Assembly: GCA_964423215.1 (NCBI GenBank)
Contig: CAYRDW010000002.1
Coordinates: 1 to 32,673, forward strand
Direction of reading: 5' to 3'
DNA length: 32,673 nt
Origin: an uncultured Muribaculaceae bacterium
GTDB taxonomy: Bacteria; Bacillota_I; Bacilli_A; RF39; UBA660
Below, piece by piece: positions 25,104 to 32,673 of this stretch. Within the stretch, counting starts at the first letter, position 1, and every line of letters starts with the position of its first letter. The position numbers were made by a program, and so were the translations under genes. Under the pieces are notes generated by a model. It was not told the DNA's origin. It did not search any database and worked only from the letters and a program-made list of their open reading frames with translations.

Positions 25104-25616
25104 ATGAGAAAAAATAAAAAGAAACAGAAACCACTAGAAGTAAAAACAGTATATTACTTGGCAATGATTTTAGTTTATTTATATTTGTTTGGAGCATGTA
25201 TTTATAAATATGTTACTTCTCATCAATTATCATCTTGTATTTTGGAAATAGGCTTTATTTTAATTTTATCACTTGTAATTCAATATACTCATTGTACAGT
25301 GATAGATGATAATAAAAAAGGTAAGAAAGCCAATGTTAGGAGTAAGATTTATAAAGAGAAGAAAGTTAAAAATAGAATGAAATATTATATGAGGGAATCG
25401 ATAGTAGTAGCTTTAGCTTTTACAACATTACTTGTCTTGATGATATCACTGAATGAAATGTTTGTTGATTTTTATTCAATTATACCTGCAAGTTTGGTTT
25501 TATCCGTTATATTGGTTGTATTTTTAATCTTTACTGGTTTCTTTATTCTATCCTTTTTAACAGATTATTTCTTAAGTGAAAAGTTAATAAAGAAGGGTAA
25601 TAGTTTAGTAAAATAA
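25104..25616 (+). CDS. Hypothetical integral membrane protein (about 4 TM helices)
   Basis: Strong RBS AGGAGG. Lys-rich N-terminus and central loop between hydrophobic helices. No recognisable family. Confidence 0.6.
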   Translation: MRKNKKKQKPLEVKTVYYLAMILVYLYLFGACIYKYVTSHQLSSCILEIGFILILSLVIQYTHCTVIDDNKKGKKANVRSKIYKEKKVKNRMKYYMRESIVVALAFTTLLVLMISLNEMFVDFYSIIPASLVLSVILVVFLIFTGFFILSFLTDYFLSEKLIKKGNSLVK

Positions 25617-25638
25617 ACTTTACTTTCTTTTTTTTTCT

Positions 25639-25647
25639 TGCTATAAT
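25639..25647 (+). promoter_or_regulatory. Extended -10 element (TGcTATAAT) for tRNA-Leu
   Basis: TGCTATAAT ends 10 nt upstream of the tRNA 5' end. Confidence 0.45.
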
Positions 25648-25657
25648 TTATTTACTT

Positions 25658-25743
25658 GCCCGAGTGGTGGAATGGTAGACACGATGGACTCAAAATCCAT
25701 TGGTAGTAATACTGTGTCGGTTCAAGTCCGACCTCGGGCACCA
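25658..25743 (+). tRNA. tRNA-Leu (anticodon CAA), class II with a long variable arm and encoded CCA
   Basis: Acceptor GCCCGAG/CTCGGGC. Anticodon stem ATGGA/TCCAT with loop CT-CAA-AA. Long variable arm. T-arm GTCGG-TTCAAGT-CCGAC. 3' ACCA. Confidence 0.93.
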
Positions 25744-25754
25744 GATTGATAGAT

Positions 25755-25784
25755 ACTCGAACTTTTAAGTTTTGAGTTTTTTTA
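25755..25784 (+). terminator. Candidate terminator after tRNA-Leu
   Basis: ACTCGAA...TTTGAGT stem (one G-U pair) followed by 7 T. Confidence 0.45.
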
Positions 25785-25803
25785 TATAATTCAAAGTAAT
25801 CTA

Positions 25804-25832
25804 TTGACTACCAAAGGTGAAATTGATATATT
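25804..25832 (+). promoter_or_regulatory. Candidate sigma-A promoter (TTGACT-17-TATATT) of the XRE/BRO-N pair
   Basis: Hexamers at 25804-25809 and 25827-25832 with a 17-nt spacer. Confidence 0.5.
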
Positions 25833-25849
25833 TGATATAGGTGATGAAA

Positions 25850-26083
25850 ATGAAAAATGAACAAAGACAATTTGAACTTGAATATAATCTTATATGTGAT
25901 TTTATAAAACTTAGAAATGAACTAGGATTATCACAAAGAAAAATGGCAGATGAATCAGGCGTAATCAGAGAAATGATTGCTGTAATTGAAAATCAAAAGA
26001 AACATCCACAGATAAATACATTGATAAAAATATTAGAGCCATTAGGATATACATTATCAATAACTAAAATAAAGGAGGATTAG
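25850..26083 (+). CDS. Small XRE-family HTH protein
   Basis: LRNELGLSQRKMADESGVIREMIAVIENQKKHPQINTLIKILEPLG is an HTH_XRE fold. ATG 25850 follows RBS AGGTGA; 25844 is also possible. Confidence 0.8.
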   Translation: MKNEQRQFELEYNLICDFIKLRNELGLSQRKMADESGVIREMIAVIENQKKHPQINTLIKILEPLGYTLSITKIKED

Positions 26084-26085
26084 AT

Positions 26086-26922
26086 ATGGATAATAAATTA
26101 GCACTTTTTGAAGAAAAAGAAATAAGAAAGATTTGGAAAGAAAACAATTGGTATTTTAGTGTAGTTGATGTAATATTTGCATTAACTGATAGCAAAAATG
26201 CAAGAAGATACTGGAGTGATTTGAAAACTAAGTTAAAAAATGAAGGATATGATATTGAGCTGTACGAAATAATCGTACAACTGAAATTAGAATCATCTGA
26301 TGGTAAAAAATATAATACCGATTGTGCCGATACAGAAGGTATTTTAAGAATAATTCAATCTATTCCATCTCCTAAAGCAGAACCATTTAAAAGATGGCTT
26401 GCTAAAGTTGGAAGTGAAAGAATTGAGGAAATAAATAATCCAGAGCTTGCGATGGATAGAATGAAGCAGATTTATGAAAGAAAAGGTTATTCTAAATCTT
26501 GGATCGAGCAAAGGGAAAGAGGAATAACTGCAAGACATAATTTGACTGATGAGTGGAAAGAACGAGGAGCAAAAGTTGGAGTTGATTATGCAATCCTTAC
26601 AAATGAAATATATAAATCTGGTTTTGGATTTAGCGCAAAAGAATATAAAGATATTAAGGGGTTACACGATAGCCAAAATTTAAGGGATTCGATGAGCAAT
26701 ATAGAACTTGCACTTACAAATCTTGGAGAAGCAACAGCTGTAGAGCTTCATCAAAAAAATGATAGTCGTGGTATGAAACAGTTAAAAGACGATATGAAAG
26801 ATGCTGGACAAGTAATTAATACTGCAAAAAAAGAAATAGAGAATAAACTTGAAAGACCAATAGTTACTACAAATAATTATATTGAATTAACTAAAGATAA
26901 TGATTTAACTGAAATAAAATAA
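26086..26922 (+). CDS. BRO-N domain protein with a DinD-like C-terminal region (phage/mobile-element-associated family)
   Basis: The N-terminal FEEKEIRKIW.ENNWYFSVVDVIFALTDSKNARRYW is a Bro-N pattern. The KAEPFKRWLAKVG...GYSKSWIEQR...LTNEI...KGL segment resembles DNA-damage-inducible protein D-type proteins. It starts 3 nt after the XRE stop, with RBS AAAGGAGG. Confidence 0.7.
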   Translation: MDNKLALFEEKEIRKIWKENNWYFSVVDVIFALTDSKNARRYWSDLKTKLKNEGYDIELYEIIVQLKLESSDGKKYNTDCADTEGILRIIQSIPSPKAEPFKRWLAKVGSERIEEINNPELAMDRMKQIYERKGYSKSWIEQRERGITARHNLTDEWKERGAKVGVDYAILTNEIYKSGFGFSAKEYKDIKGLHDSQNLRDSMSNIELALTNLGEATAVELHQKNDSRGMKQLKDDMKDAGQVINTAKKEIENKLERPIVTTNNYIELTKDNDLTEIK

Positions 26923-27004
26923 AAAAATATGATATATTATTCATAGAAATTAATCTTTTAAAAATTTCCAAACGTCATTAACTGGTGCACCATTGACGAA
27001 TCTG

Positions 27005-27020
27005 TTCGAACTATTCGAAC
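27005..27020. repeat. Direct repeat TTCGAAC-TA-TTCGAAC (each copy contains the TTCGAA palindrome)
   Basis: Read directly from the sequence. It lies in the non-coding stretch between the BRO-N gene and an orphan terminator. Confidence 0.6.
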
Positions 27021-27032
27021 ATTTAGATAGAT

Positions 27033-27057
27033 ATCAATCAGAAATGATTGATTTTTT
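27033..27057 (+). terminator. Rho-independent terminator in the non-coding stretch
   Basis: Perfect 8-bp stem ATCAATCA/TGATTGAT, GAAA loop, 5-T run. About 110 nt downstream of the BRO-N gene stop. Confidence 0.6.
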
Positions 27058-27344
27058 CGTTTTATAAGAAAAAATCATAGAAAGGTTGGTGTCTATGATA
27101 AAAATAATTAAAGAATAAATTGAGATTGATGAATCATTAGTTTCTAGATTAAATGTTATAAGTGATTTTTGTAATACCATATCTATCATAGAAAATGGTA
27201 GTATTAGGAAGATAGAACATACTAATTTAACTTATATTGAACCACATAGAATTATTATTAATAATAAAATATATCTAGCATTTAATTATTCAAGAGAAAA
27301 TTAGAAAAGATGTTAAACAATTACTTGATTATAAAAGACAAAAG

Positions 27345-28076
27345 GTGTCGCTTGATGAAATTAGAAAAGAAAAAGCGAAGATGTTAGAGGCTAATTATAG
27401 TATTTTCTCTAAATTACTAGGTGAGCCACCTATGAAGTTTGATTTGGAGTATTATGATAAAGATAAAAAATATATTTCGATTGCTAATCTTACTCCACTT
27501 GACTTTGTGAATAAGTACTTATCAATTGATTTAGATGACTATGTTACTTTATACAATTTTCCTAAATATAATCGTGAACTATATAAAACTTATATTAGAA
27601 AATATGATGGTTGTATTTATGGTTCAACTAAAACTAAATATTTAGATTTGCCGATTGATGACTTAGTTATGGTTACTTTAAAACAATTAAAAGATGGATT
27701 TCCAGTTCCTTTTGTTTGTCCGACTTCTAAAATGTGGGATCGTAAGAATTGGATATTAGATACACGTATTTTTAATTATAAAGATGTCTTAGGTGTAGAG
27801 GCAATAGGTAAAGAGGATGAGATTAATTTTGAGGATATAAACTTCAACCATGTTATGAATATTGTTGGTGCACATGTTGTTGATGATAAAGTAGTAAGAT
27901 GGAGAGTTGAAAATAGCTGGGGTACTGAAGATAATAAACAACAGTATTTAGTCATGAATAATAATTTCTTTAAAGAGTGTATAATTGAGATATCTGTTTT
28001 AAAGAAATATCTAACACCAGAAATGATTGAAACATTAAAACAGGAACCAATAGAAATTGATGCTAAATCATGGTAG
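27345..28076 (+). pseudogene. pepC: Aminopeptidase C (PepC/bleomycin hydrolase, peptidase C1B)-like C-terminal fragment lacking the catalytic-Cys half
   Basis: LGEPPMKFDLEYYDKDKKY...LTPLDF...NHVMNIVG...WRVENSWG...YLVMNNNFFKECIIEISVLKKYL matches the C-terminal ~55% of PepC, with the His and Asn regions present. The N-terminal ~200 aa with the QxxSGRCW active site is absent. The frame is closed by TAG about 60 nt upstream. GTG start without an RBS. Confidence 0.55.
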
Positions 28077-28173
28077 GTTATTAATTATATTTCTGTAGAT
28101 TAGATGTAAAATTTATAATATTAATCTAGTTAAATTTAATAATTATAGTATAATGTAAATAGAGGTGGCTTTT

Positions 28174-29073
28174 ATGAAGAATGATTGTATCAAAAGAGAC
28201 GATAAGTATGTTTTGAAAGAGTTCTCTGATGGTAAAAAAGTAATGGTTAGGGATCTACAATTAGAGATTTTAACTGTTATGGATGAGATTCATCGTGTCT
28301 GTGAAAAGAATAAAGTACCATATTTTTTAATAGCTGGTAGTGCACTTGGTATCTGTAATTATAAAGGATTTATTCCTTGGGATGATGATATCGATATTGC
28401 AGTTCCTAGAAAGTATTGGATGAAATTCATTGAAGCTTTAGAAAAAGATTTATCTGATGACTTTTACTTTGATTGTTATGAAAGGGATAAGAGATATAAT
28501 GTTATTTCTGGCCCATCAATGAAAATACGTAAAAAAGGTACCTATGTTGAAGAAGTTAATTTTTTACTTAAAAATCGTTGTAAAAGAGGCGATGGAATCT
28601 TTGTAGATGTTATTATTTATGATACAGTGTCAGAAAATAAATTTATAGATCAGGTTAATCGTACAGTAATTAAATTAGTAATGCCATTTATTGTTTTACT
28701 TGATAATTTACATATTAATCCTATTCCTTTAAAGAGTTTTGTGGTATGGTTTTCTAACCGTTATTTTGATAAGAATAAAAATAGTAATATAGTATCACAA
28801 CCAATATCAGTTCCTTGGGAAAAATTTATGAAAGAACCAGTTTTTCATAAGGATGATGTTTATCCTGTTAAAAAGTATGAATTTGAAGGTAGACAGTATT
28901 ATTCTTATAATAATATCGAGGCTGTAATGACTAAATGGTATACGCCAAGGTGTTTAAAAAGATGGAATGGTAAAGAATGGGAAGAAACATGGCCAGTTGA
29001 AAAAAGGGCGCCTAAACATGTTAAAAACATTAATTTAGATGGTGATACTCCTTATAAACCAGAAGAGAAGTAG
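28174..29073 (+). CDS. licD: LicD-family phosphotransferase (phosphocholine/phospho-alcohol transfer to glycopolymers)
   Basis: LQLEILTVMDEIHRVCEKNKVPYFLIAGSALG...GFIPWDDDIDIAVPR is the LicD nucleotidyltransferase-fold signature. ATG 28174 follows RBS AGAGG. Confidence 0.88.
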   Translation: MKNDCIKRDDKYVLKEFSDGKKVMVRDLQLEILTVMDEIHRVCEKNKVPYFLIAGSALGICNYKGFIPWDDDIDIAVPRKYWMKFIEALEKDLSDDFYFDCYERDKRYNVISGPSMKIRKKGTYVEEVNFLLKNRCKRGDGIFVDVIIYDTVSENKFIDQVNRTVIKLVMPFIVLLDNLHINPIPLKSFVVWFSNRYFDKNKNSNIVSQPISVPWEKFMKEPVFHKDDVYPVKKYEFEGRQYYSYNNIEAVMTKWYTPRCLKRWNGKEWEETWPVEKRAPKHVKNINLDGDTPYKPEEK

Positions 29074-29172
29074 CCATCTTTTTTTCTGTCTAATTTTGTG
29101 ATTTTAGAAATATCCATTCTAAAAACAACTCATTTATGATAGAATGTATAGAAGAACATAAAGAGGTGTATT

Positions 29173-30480
29173 ATGGAAGATAATAAAGAAATAAAAAAGA
29201 AGAAAGTAAAAGAGTCGGTAGATAAAGAAGCTAAAGATGATATAAAACAAGAACCAAAAGAAATTATTAAGGAAGTAATTGTTGAGAAGAAAATTGGTTT
29301 TAATTACTTAGAAGTAATATTAATTATGATTATTACTTTAATAATCGGTGGTTTTTTAGGTAGTGTTATTAATCAATTTAAAGATAAAAGTAAACCTGAA
29401 GATAAACAGGTCGAAGTCTCATCTAAATTCCAGGAGTTTATTGATACTTATAATGATATTAAGTATAACTATTATGAAAATTTGGATGATCAAGAGTTAT
29501 TAGATGCTGGTATAAAAGGAATGTTAGATTTCTTAGGTGATAAGTATTCTTTATATATGAGTCCTAGTGAGAGTGAGGATTTTGATGTTCAAGTTGAAGG
29601 TAAGTATAGTGGTATAGGTACAGAGATTCAACAAACTAAAGACAAGGGAGTGGTTATTACACGTATTTTTGATAATAGTCCAGCGTCTAAGGCAGGATTG
29701 GAAGTTGGAGATATCTTTATTAAAATAGATGATAATGATGTGAATTCTAAAACATCAGCGGAAGTAGCGAGTATGATTAAGGATTCTGATAATAGTAAAG
29801 TAAAGGTTATAGTTCTTCGTGGTGAGGAAGAGAAGGAATTTACGATTGAAAAATCAGTAGTGGAAATTGAGTCGGTTTCTAGTGAAATTATAGAATATAA
29901 TGATAAGAAAATAGGTTATATTTATATTAATGTTTTTGCGGCTAATACATATAAACAGTTCTCTAGTGTACTTAATGATTTGGAACTTAGTGAAATTGAT
30001 CGTTTAGTAATTGATGTTCGTGGTAATTCAGGTGGATATTTGAATTCTGTTACTGATATTGTTTCGATGTTTTTAGACAAGGGAAAAGTTATTTATCAAC
30101 TTGATACTAAAGGAGTGGTTCAGAAGATATATGATACTACTAAAACTAATAGGAACTATCCAGTAGCCGTTCTTGTTAATAAAGGTAGTGCTTCTGCTTC
30201 AGAAATTCTAGCTGGTGCTTTAAAAGAGTCATATGGAGCTAGTATTATCGGAACTAATTCTTATGGTAAGGGAACAGTCCAAAGAGCTTATAAACTAGAT
30301 AGTGGAGCTACGGTTAAATATACTATTCAAAAATGGTTAACACCTGATGGTAATTGGTTAAATGAAGTAGGATTAGAACCAACTGATAGTGTTGAACTAA
30401 GTGAAGACTATTTTGTTAATCCTAGTAATGAAACAGACAATCAACTTCAGAAAGCTTTAGAAGTTATTAGTAATAAATAG
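29173..30480 (+). CDS. C-terminal processing peptidase (S41, CtpA/CtpB-like) with a PDZ domain
   Basis: N-terminal TM anchor. PDZ segment (GIGTEI...VVITRIFDNSPASKAGLEVGDIFIKID). Catalytic DVRGNSGGYL and GSASASEILAGALKE. Confidence 0.92.
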   Translation: MEDNKEIKKKKVKESVDKEAKDDIKQEPKEIIKEVIVEKKIGFNYLEVILIMIITLIIGGFLGSVINQFKDKSKPEDKQVEVSSKFQEFIDTYNDIKYNYYENLDDQELLDAGIKGMLDFLGDKYSLYMSPSESEDFDVQVEGKYSGIGTEIQQTKDKGVVITRIFDNSPASKAGLEVGDIFIKIDDNDVNSKTSAEVASMIKDSDNSKVKVIVLRGEEEKEFTIEKSVVEIESVSSEIIEYNDKKIGYIYINVFAANTYKQFSSVLNDLELSEIDRLVIDVRGNSGGYLNSVTDIVSMFLDKGKVIYQLDTKGVVQKIYDTTKTNRNYPVAVLVNKGSASASEILAGALKESYGASIIGTNSYGKGTVQRAYKLDSGATVKYTIQKWLTPDGNWLNEVGLEPTDSVELSEDYFVNPSNETDNQLQKALEVISNK

Positions 30481-30609
30481 GATTAAAACTTTTTTAGGAC
30501 AGTGTAGTGATAATTATACTGCCCTTTTTATGTGGAATTAAGTTTGTTAAAAAAATTTGAAACTTTTTAGGATAAACTAAACGCTTTATTAGTGAAAGGC
30601 GGTGGGTTA

Positions 30610-31146
30610 ATGGTCGACCAAAATACCACTAATCTTTTCAATAACATATATGATTCAACCAATAAGAAGGTCCTTGCTTATATTACAGCTAAATGTGGTA
30701 ACACTTCTGATATCAGTGATATTTTTCAGGAAACTTACATGGAACTATATGCGGTCCTTGTTAAAAAGGGAACTAATTATGTGAAAAATAGCGAAGCTTT
30801 TGTAATTAAAATAGCTAAACAGAAGATATTTCGCTATTATTCACTTAGCCAGCGCTTAAAATCCATGGTGCCAATGATTAATATTAATGAAGAGGGAGAA
30901 GAATTTAATATTGCTGATTTAGAAATTGATTCATTTTCAGTAGATAAAATTGTTTCGGAGAAAATGTTAATTGCGCAGGTTAATCAATTTCTTTCTACAA
31001 AGCCGGTAGATATTAGAAAGATATTTTATCTTTTCTATTATATGAATATGCCTATTTCGGAAATAGCTTTATTACTTTCAATGAGCGAATCTAATGTTAA
31101 AAACAAATTGTATCGTACCATTAAGGAGTTACGAAAAATTTATTAA
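30610..31146 (+). CDS. ECF-like sigma-70 family factor (regions 2 and 4 only)
   Basis: Region 2 DISDIFQETYMELY and region 4 HTH MPISEIALLLSMSESNVKNKLYRTIKELR. ATG 30610 follows GGCGGTGGG. Confidence 0.8.
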   Translation: MVDQNTTNLFNNIYDSTNKKVLAYITAKCGNTSDISDIFQETYMELYAVLVKKGTNYVKNSEAFVIKIAKQKIFRYYSLSQRLKSMVPMININEEGEEFNIADLEIDSFSVDKIVSEKMLIAQVNQFLSTKPVDIRKIFYLFYYMNMPISEIALLLSMSESNVKNKLYRTIKELRKIY

Positions 31147-31162
31147 TAAAAGGAGGTTTATT

Positions 31163-31906
31163 ATGAAAGAGAAGAAAATAATTTCAAAAGCAATCGATGT
31201 CAATATGCCAAATATTGAAGAAGTACGTAAAAATTGTATAACTCAAAATATTCAACCAAAAAAAATAAAATTTATTTGGATTAAACGGTTGGTTCCTATT
31301 GCGGCTTGTATTATTCTGGTTTTAACAATTGGGATAAATTGGGGACCCAAAAATATTTTTTCAGCTAATAAAGTAGAGAGTGGAAGAGACATAATAAAAA
31401 CAGAAGTATTTATCAATGAACTTTCTACAGGACTATCAGAAGATAGAGCTATTTATAATTTATCGTGGGATGATTTTGTTTCGATGGAAAAAGAGGAACT
31501 TATCAAGTTTTATGGAGTAAATATTTTTCCTACAGTTATTCCTAATGATATCTTTGAAGTTCCTGAGGAAGTAAAACCTGGAGTTTTTAAAAGAGACAAA
31601 GGTAAAGGGGAAGTATATCATAGTCAAAATCTTGTAAATTATTATTCTAATGATTTTACAAGAAGTATCAATATTGAAGTAGCTAAGGGAGAGATACCAT
31701 TTACATGTGTTTCCTTTAATGTAGATAACAATGATGTAAAGGAATCAATTATTAATAATAATCCAGTAACTATTGGTCATTATATAGCTAACGCTGACAG
31801 TTATTATTATGCACTTTTTATTTATAAAGATGTTGGTTTTATAGTTAGTGCAACCAATTTAACCCAAACAGAATTCATTGATATGTTAAGTTCTATTTTA
31901 AAATAA
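31163..31906 (+). CDS. Putative cognate anti-sigma factor/membrane sensor (single TM, extracytoplasmic DUF4367-like domain)
   Basis: ATG 31163 follows RBS AAGGAGG. The track's upstream extension overlaps the sigma gene. Short cytoplasmic N-terminus, TM LVPIAACIILVLTIGI and a ~185-aa external domain. The anti-sigma role is inferred from position only. Confidence 0.55.
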   Translation: MKEKKIISKAIDVNMPNIEEVRKNCITQNIQPKKIKFIWIKRLVPIAACIILVLTIGINWGPKNIFSANKVESGRDIIKTEVFINELSTGLSEDRAIYNLSWDDFVSMEKEELIKFYGVNIFPTVIPNDIFEVPEEVKPGVFKRDKGKGEVYHSQNLVNYYSNDFTRSINIEVAKGEIPFTCVSFNVDNNDVKESIINNNPVTIGHYIANADSYYYALFIYKDVGFIVSATNLTQTEFIDMLSSILK

Positions 31907-31919
31907 ATAGTTTATGCTT

Positions 31920-31956
31920 AAGTAGTTTATCATTCTTAGTGGTAAACTACTTTTTG
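31920..31956 (+). terminator. Rho-independent terminator
   Basis: 10-bp stem AAGTAGTTTA/TAAACTACTT, 13-nt loop, T-run. Confidence 0.6.
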
Positions 31957-31998
31957 TATGAAGTAATGATAAATTTTTATTAAAAATAGCACTCTATA

Positions 31999-32026
31999 TT
32001 GACAAGTGCCAAAAGTTGAGTATAAT
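31999..32026 (+). promoter_or_regulatory. Strong sigma-A promoter of clpB (TTGACA-16-TATAAT)
   Basis: Both hexamers are perfect consensus (31999-32004 and 32021-32026). RBS GAGGTGA follows. Confidence 0.6.
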
Positions 32027-32046
32027 ATATTATATGAGGTGATAAT

Positions 32047-32673
32047 ATGTATCCAAATATGGAACAAGATAATGTAAATGTTCTAGAGAAGTATGGTCGT
32101 AATATCATAGATGATGTAAAAAAGGGAAAAATAGATCCGGTTATAGGTCGTGATGAAGAAATACGTGGTATTACGAGAGTTTTATCTAGAAAAACAAAAA
32201 ATAATCCCGTTTTAATTGGGGAACCCGGAGTAGGTAAAACAGCTATCGTTGAGGGTTTAGCTCTCAGAATAGTCAAGGGTGATGTTCCTAGTAGTTTAAA
32301 AAACAAAGCAATATGGGAACTTGATATGGCTAGTTTGATAGCTGGTGCTAAATTTCGTGGTGAATTTGAAGAGCGTTTAAAAAATGTTCTTAATGAGGTA
32401 AAGAAGAGTGAAGGGGAAATCATCATGTTTATTGATGAAATTCATACAATAGTTGGAACTGGAAATACTGAAGGAGCTATGGATGTTTCTAATATTTTAA
32501 AGCCAATGCTTGCTAGAGGAGAAATTCATGTTATTGGTGCTACTACTTTAAATGAGTATCGTAAATATATTGAAAAAGATGGAGCTTTAGAAAGAAGATT
32601 TCAAAAGATTAAAGTAAAAGAACCAACTGTAGAAGATACTATAACAATACTACGTGGATTAAAAGAAAGATTT
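32047..32673 (+). CDS. clpB: ClpB disaggregase, 5' part (continues past the window end); no N-terminal domain is encoded
   Basis: Missing from the ORF track because it has no stop in the window. The frame is open for 209 codons to nt 32673. [28 protein letters not shown], Walker [30 protein letters not shown], Walker [17 protein letters not shown]. An in-frame TGA at 32035-32037 excludes a longer N-terminus. Confidence 0.93.
   Translation, partial: MYPNMEQDNVNVLEKYGRNIIDDVKKGKIDPVIGRDEEIRGITRVLSRKTKNNPVLIGEPGVGKTAIVEGLALRIVKGDVPSSLKNKAIWELDMASLIAGAKFRGEFEERLKNVLNEVKKSEGEIIMFIDEIHTIVGTGNTEGAMDVSNILKPMLARGEIHVIGATTLNEYRKYIEKDGALERRFQKIKVKEPTVEDTITILRGLKERF

Noticed and set aside
26344-26538. 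64-aa minus-strand ORF inside the BRO-N/DinD-like gene
   Set aside because: It is antisense to the conserved KAEPFKRWLAKVG region, with no RBS.
27717-27726. GTCCGAC matches to the tRNA-Leu T-arm (also near 4886 and 5790) as possible att repeats
   Set aside because: The matches are only 7-8 nt, lie inside coding sequence and do not extend to the tRNA 3' end. This is not evidence for an attachment-site duplication.
30558-30584. TGAAAC-N18-CGC as an ECF autoregulatory promoter
   Set aside because: The spacer is 2 nt longer than in characterised TGAAAC-N16-CGTA promoters and the -10 is CGC, not CGT. It is mentioned in a finding but not called as a feature.
31980-32426. 148-aa minus-strand ORF from the track
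   Set aside because: It is antisense to the clearly recognisable clpB NBD1 (Walker A/B on the plus strand). Its Ser/Pro/Phe-rich sequence has no homology features.
1-32673. CRISPR arrays, IS elements/transposases, integrases, rRNA genes, riboswitch or T-box leaders
   Set aside because: No regularly spaced direct repeats, no transposase- or integrase-like ORFs, and no conserved leader structures were recognised by eye in the intergenic regions. Absence is based on visual inspection only.

Overview
Visibly AT-rich chromosomal segment from a spore-forming low-GC Firmicute; gene content and order fit a Clostridia/Erysipelotrichia-like genome, standard genetic code. It is mostly core housekeeping. 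In order: pgsA (3' end), recA, a Tim44-like membrane protein, rny, two tandem Cys-rich Ig-like membrane proteins, rnj (-), prsA (-), and two tiny YjcZ-like TM peptide genes absent from the ORF track. Then sufCDSUB, a short SsbB-like ssb, an XRE regulator, pdp, a VanY-type lipoprotein (-) divergent from a DacF-like PBP5, a GNAT and a 393-aa membrane protein. The sporulation block follows: spoIIAA-sigF-spoVAC-spoVAD-spoVAE, then an RNHCP zinc-ribbon gene (-), scpA-scpB, a membrane protein and tRNA-Leu(CAA). Next to the tRNA is a small accessory patch: an XRE plus BRO-N/DinD-like pair and a 5'-truncated pepC-like remnant. The window ends with licD, an S41 C-terminal processing protease, a sigma/anti-sigma pair and the 5' part of an N-domain-less clpB running off the end. 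No CRISPR array, rRNA, transposase or integrase was seen. The most unusual observation is the spoIIA locus: sigF follows spoIIAA after 11 nt, so there is no spoIIAB, and SpoIIAA has Glu where the phosphorylated Ser58 sits in B. subtilis. Other items worth a second look are the Cys-rich paralogue pair, the unannotated tiny TM genes with a SigK-like promoter, the tRNA-Leu-adjacent remnant island and the truncated clpB. Several ORF-track starts are over-extended; I corrected them using RBS position. All minus-strand ORFs lying inside rny, pdp, the BRO-N gene and clpB are rejected as antisense artefacts.
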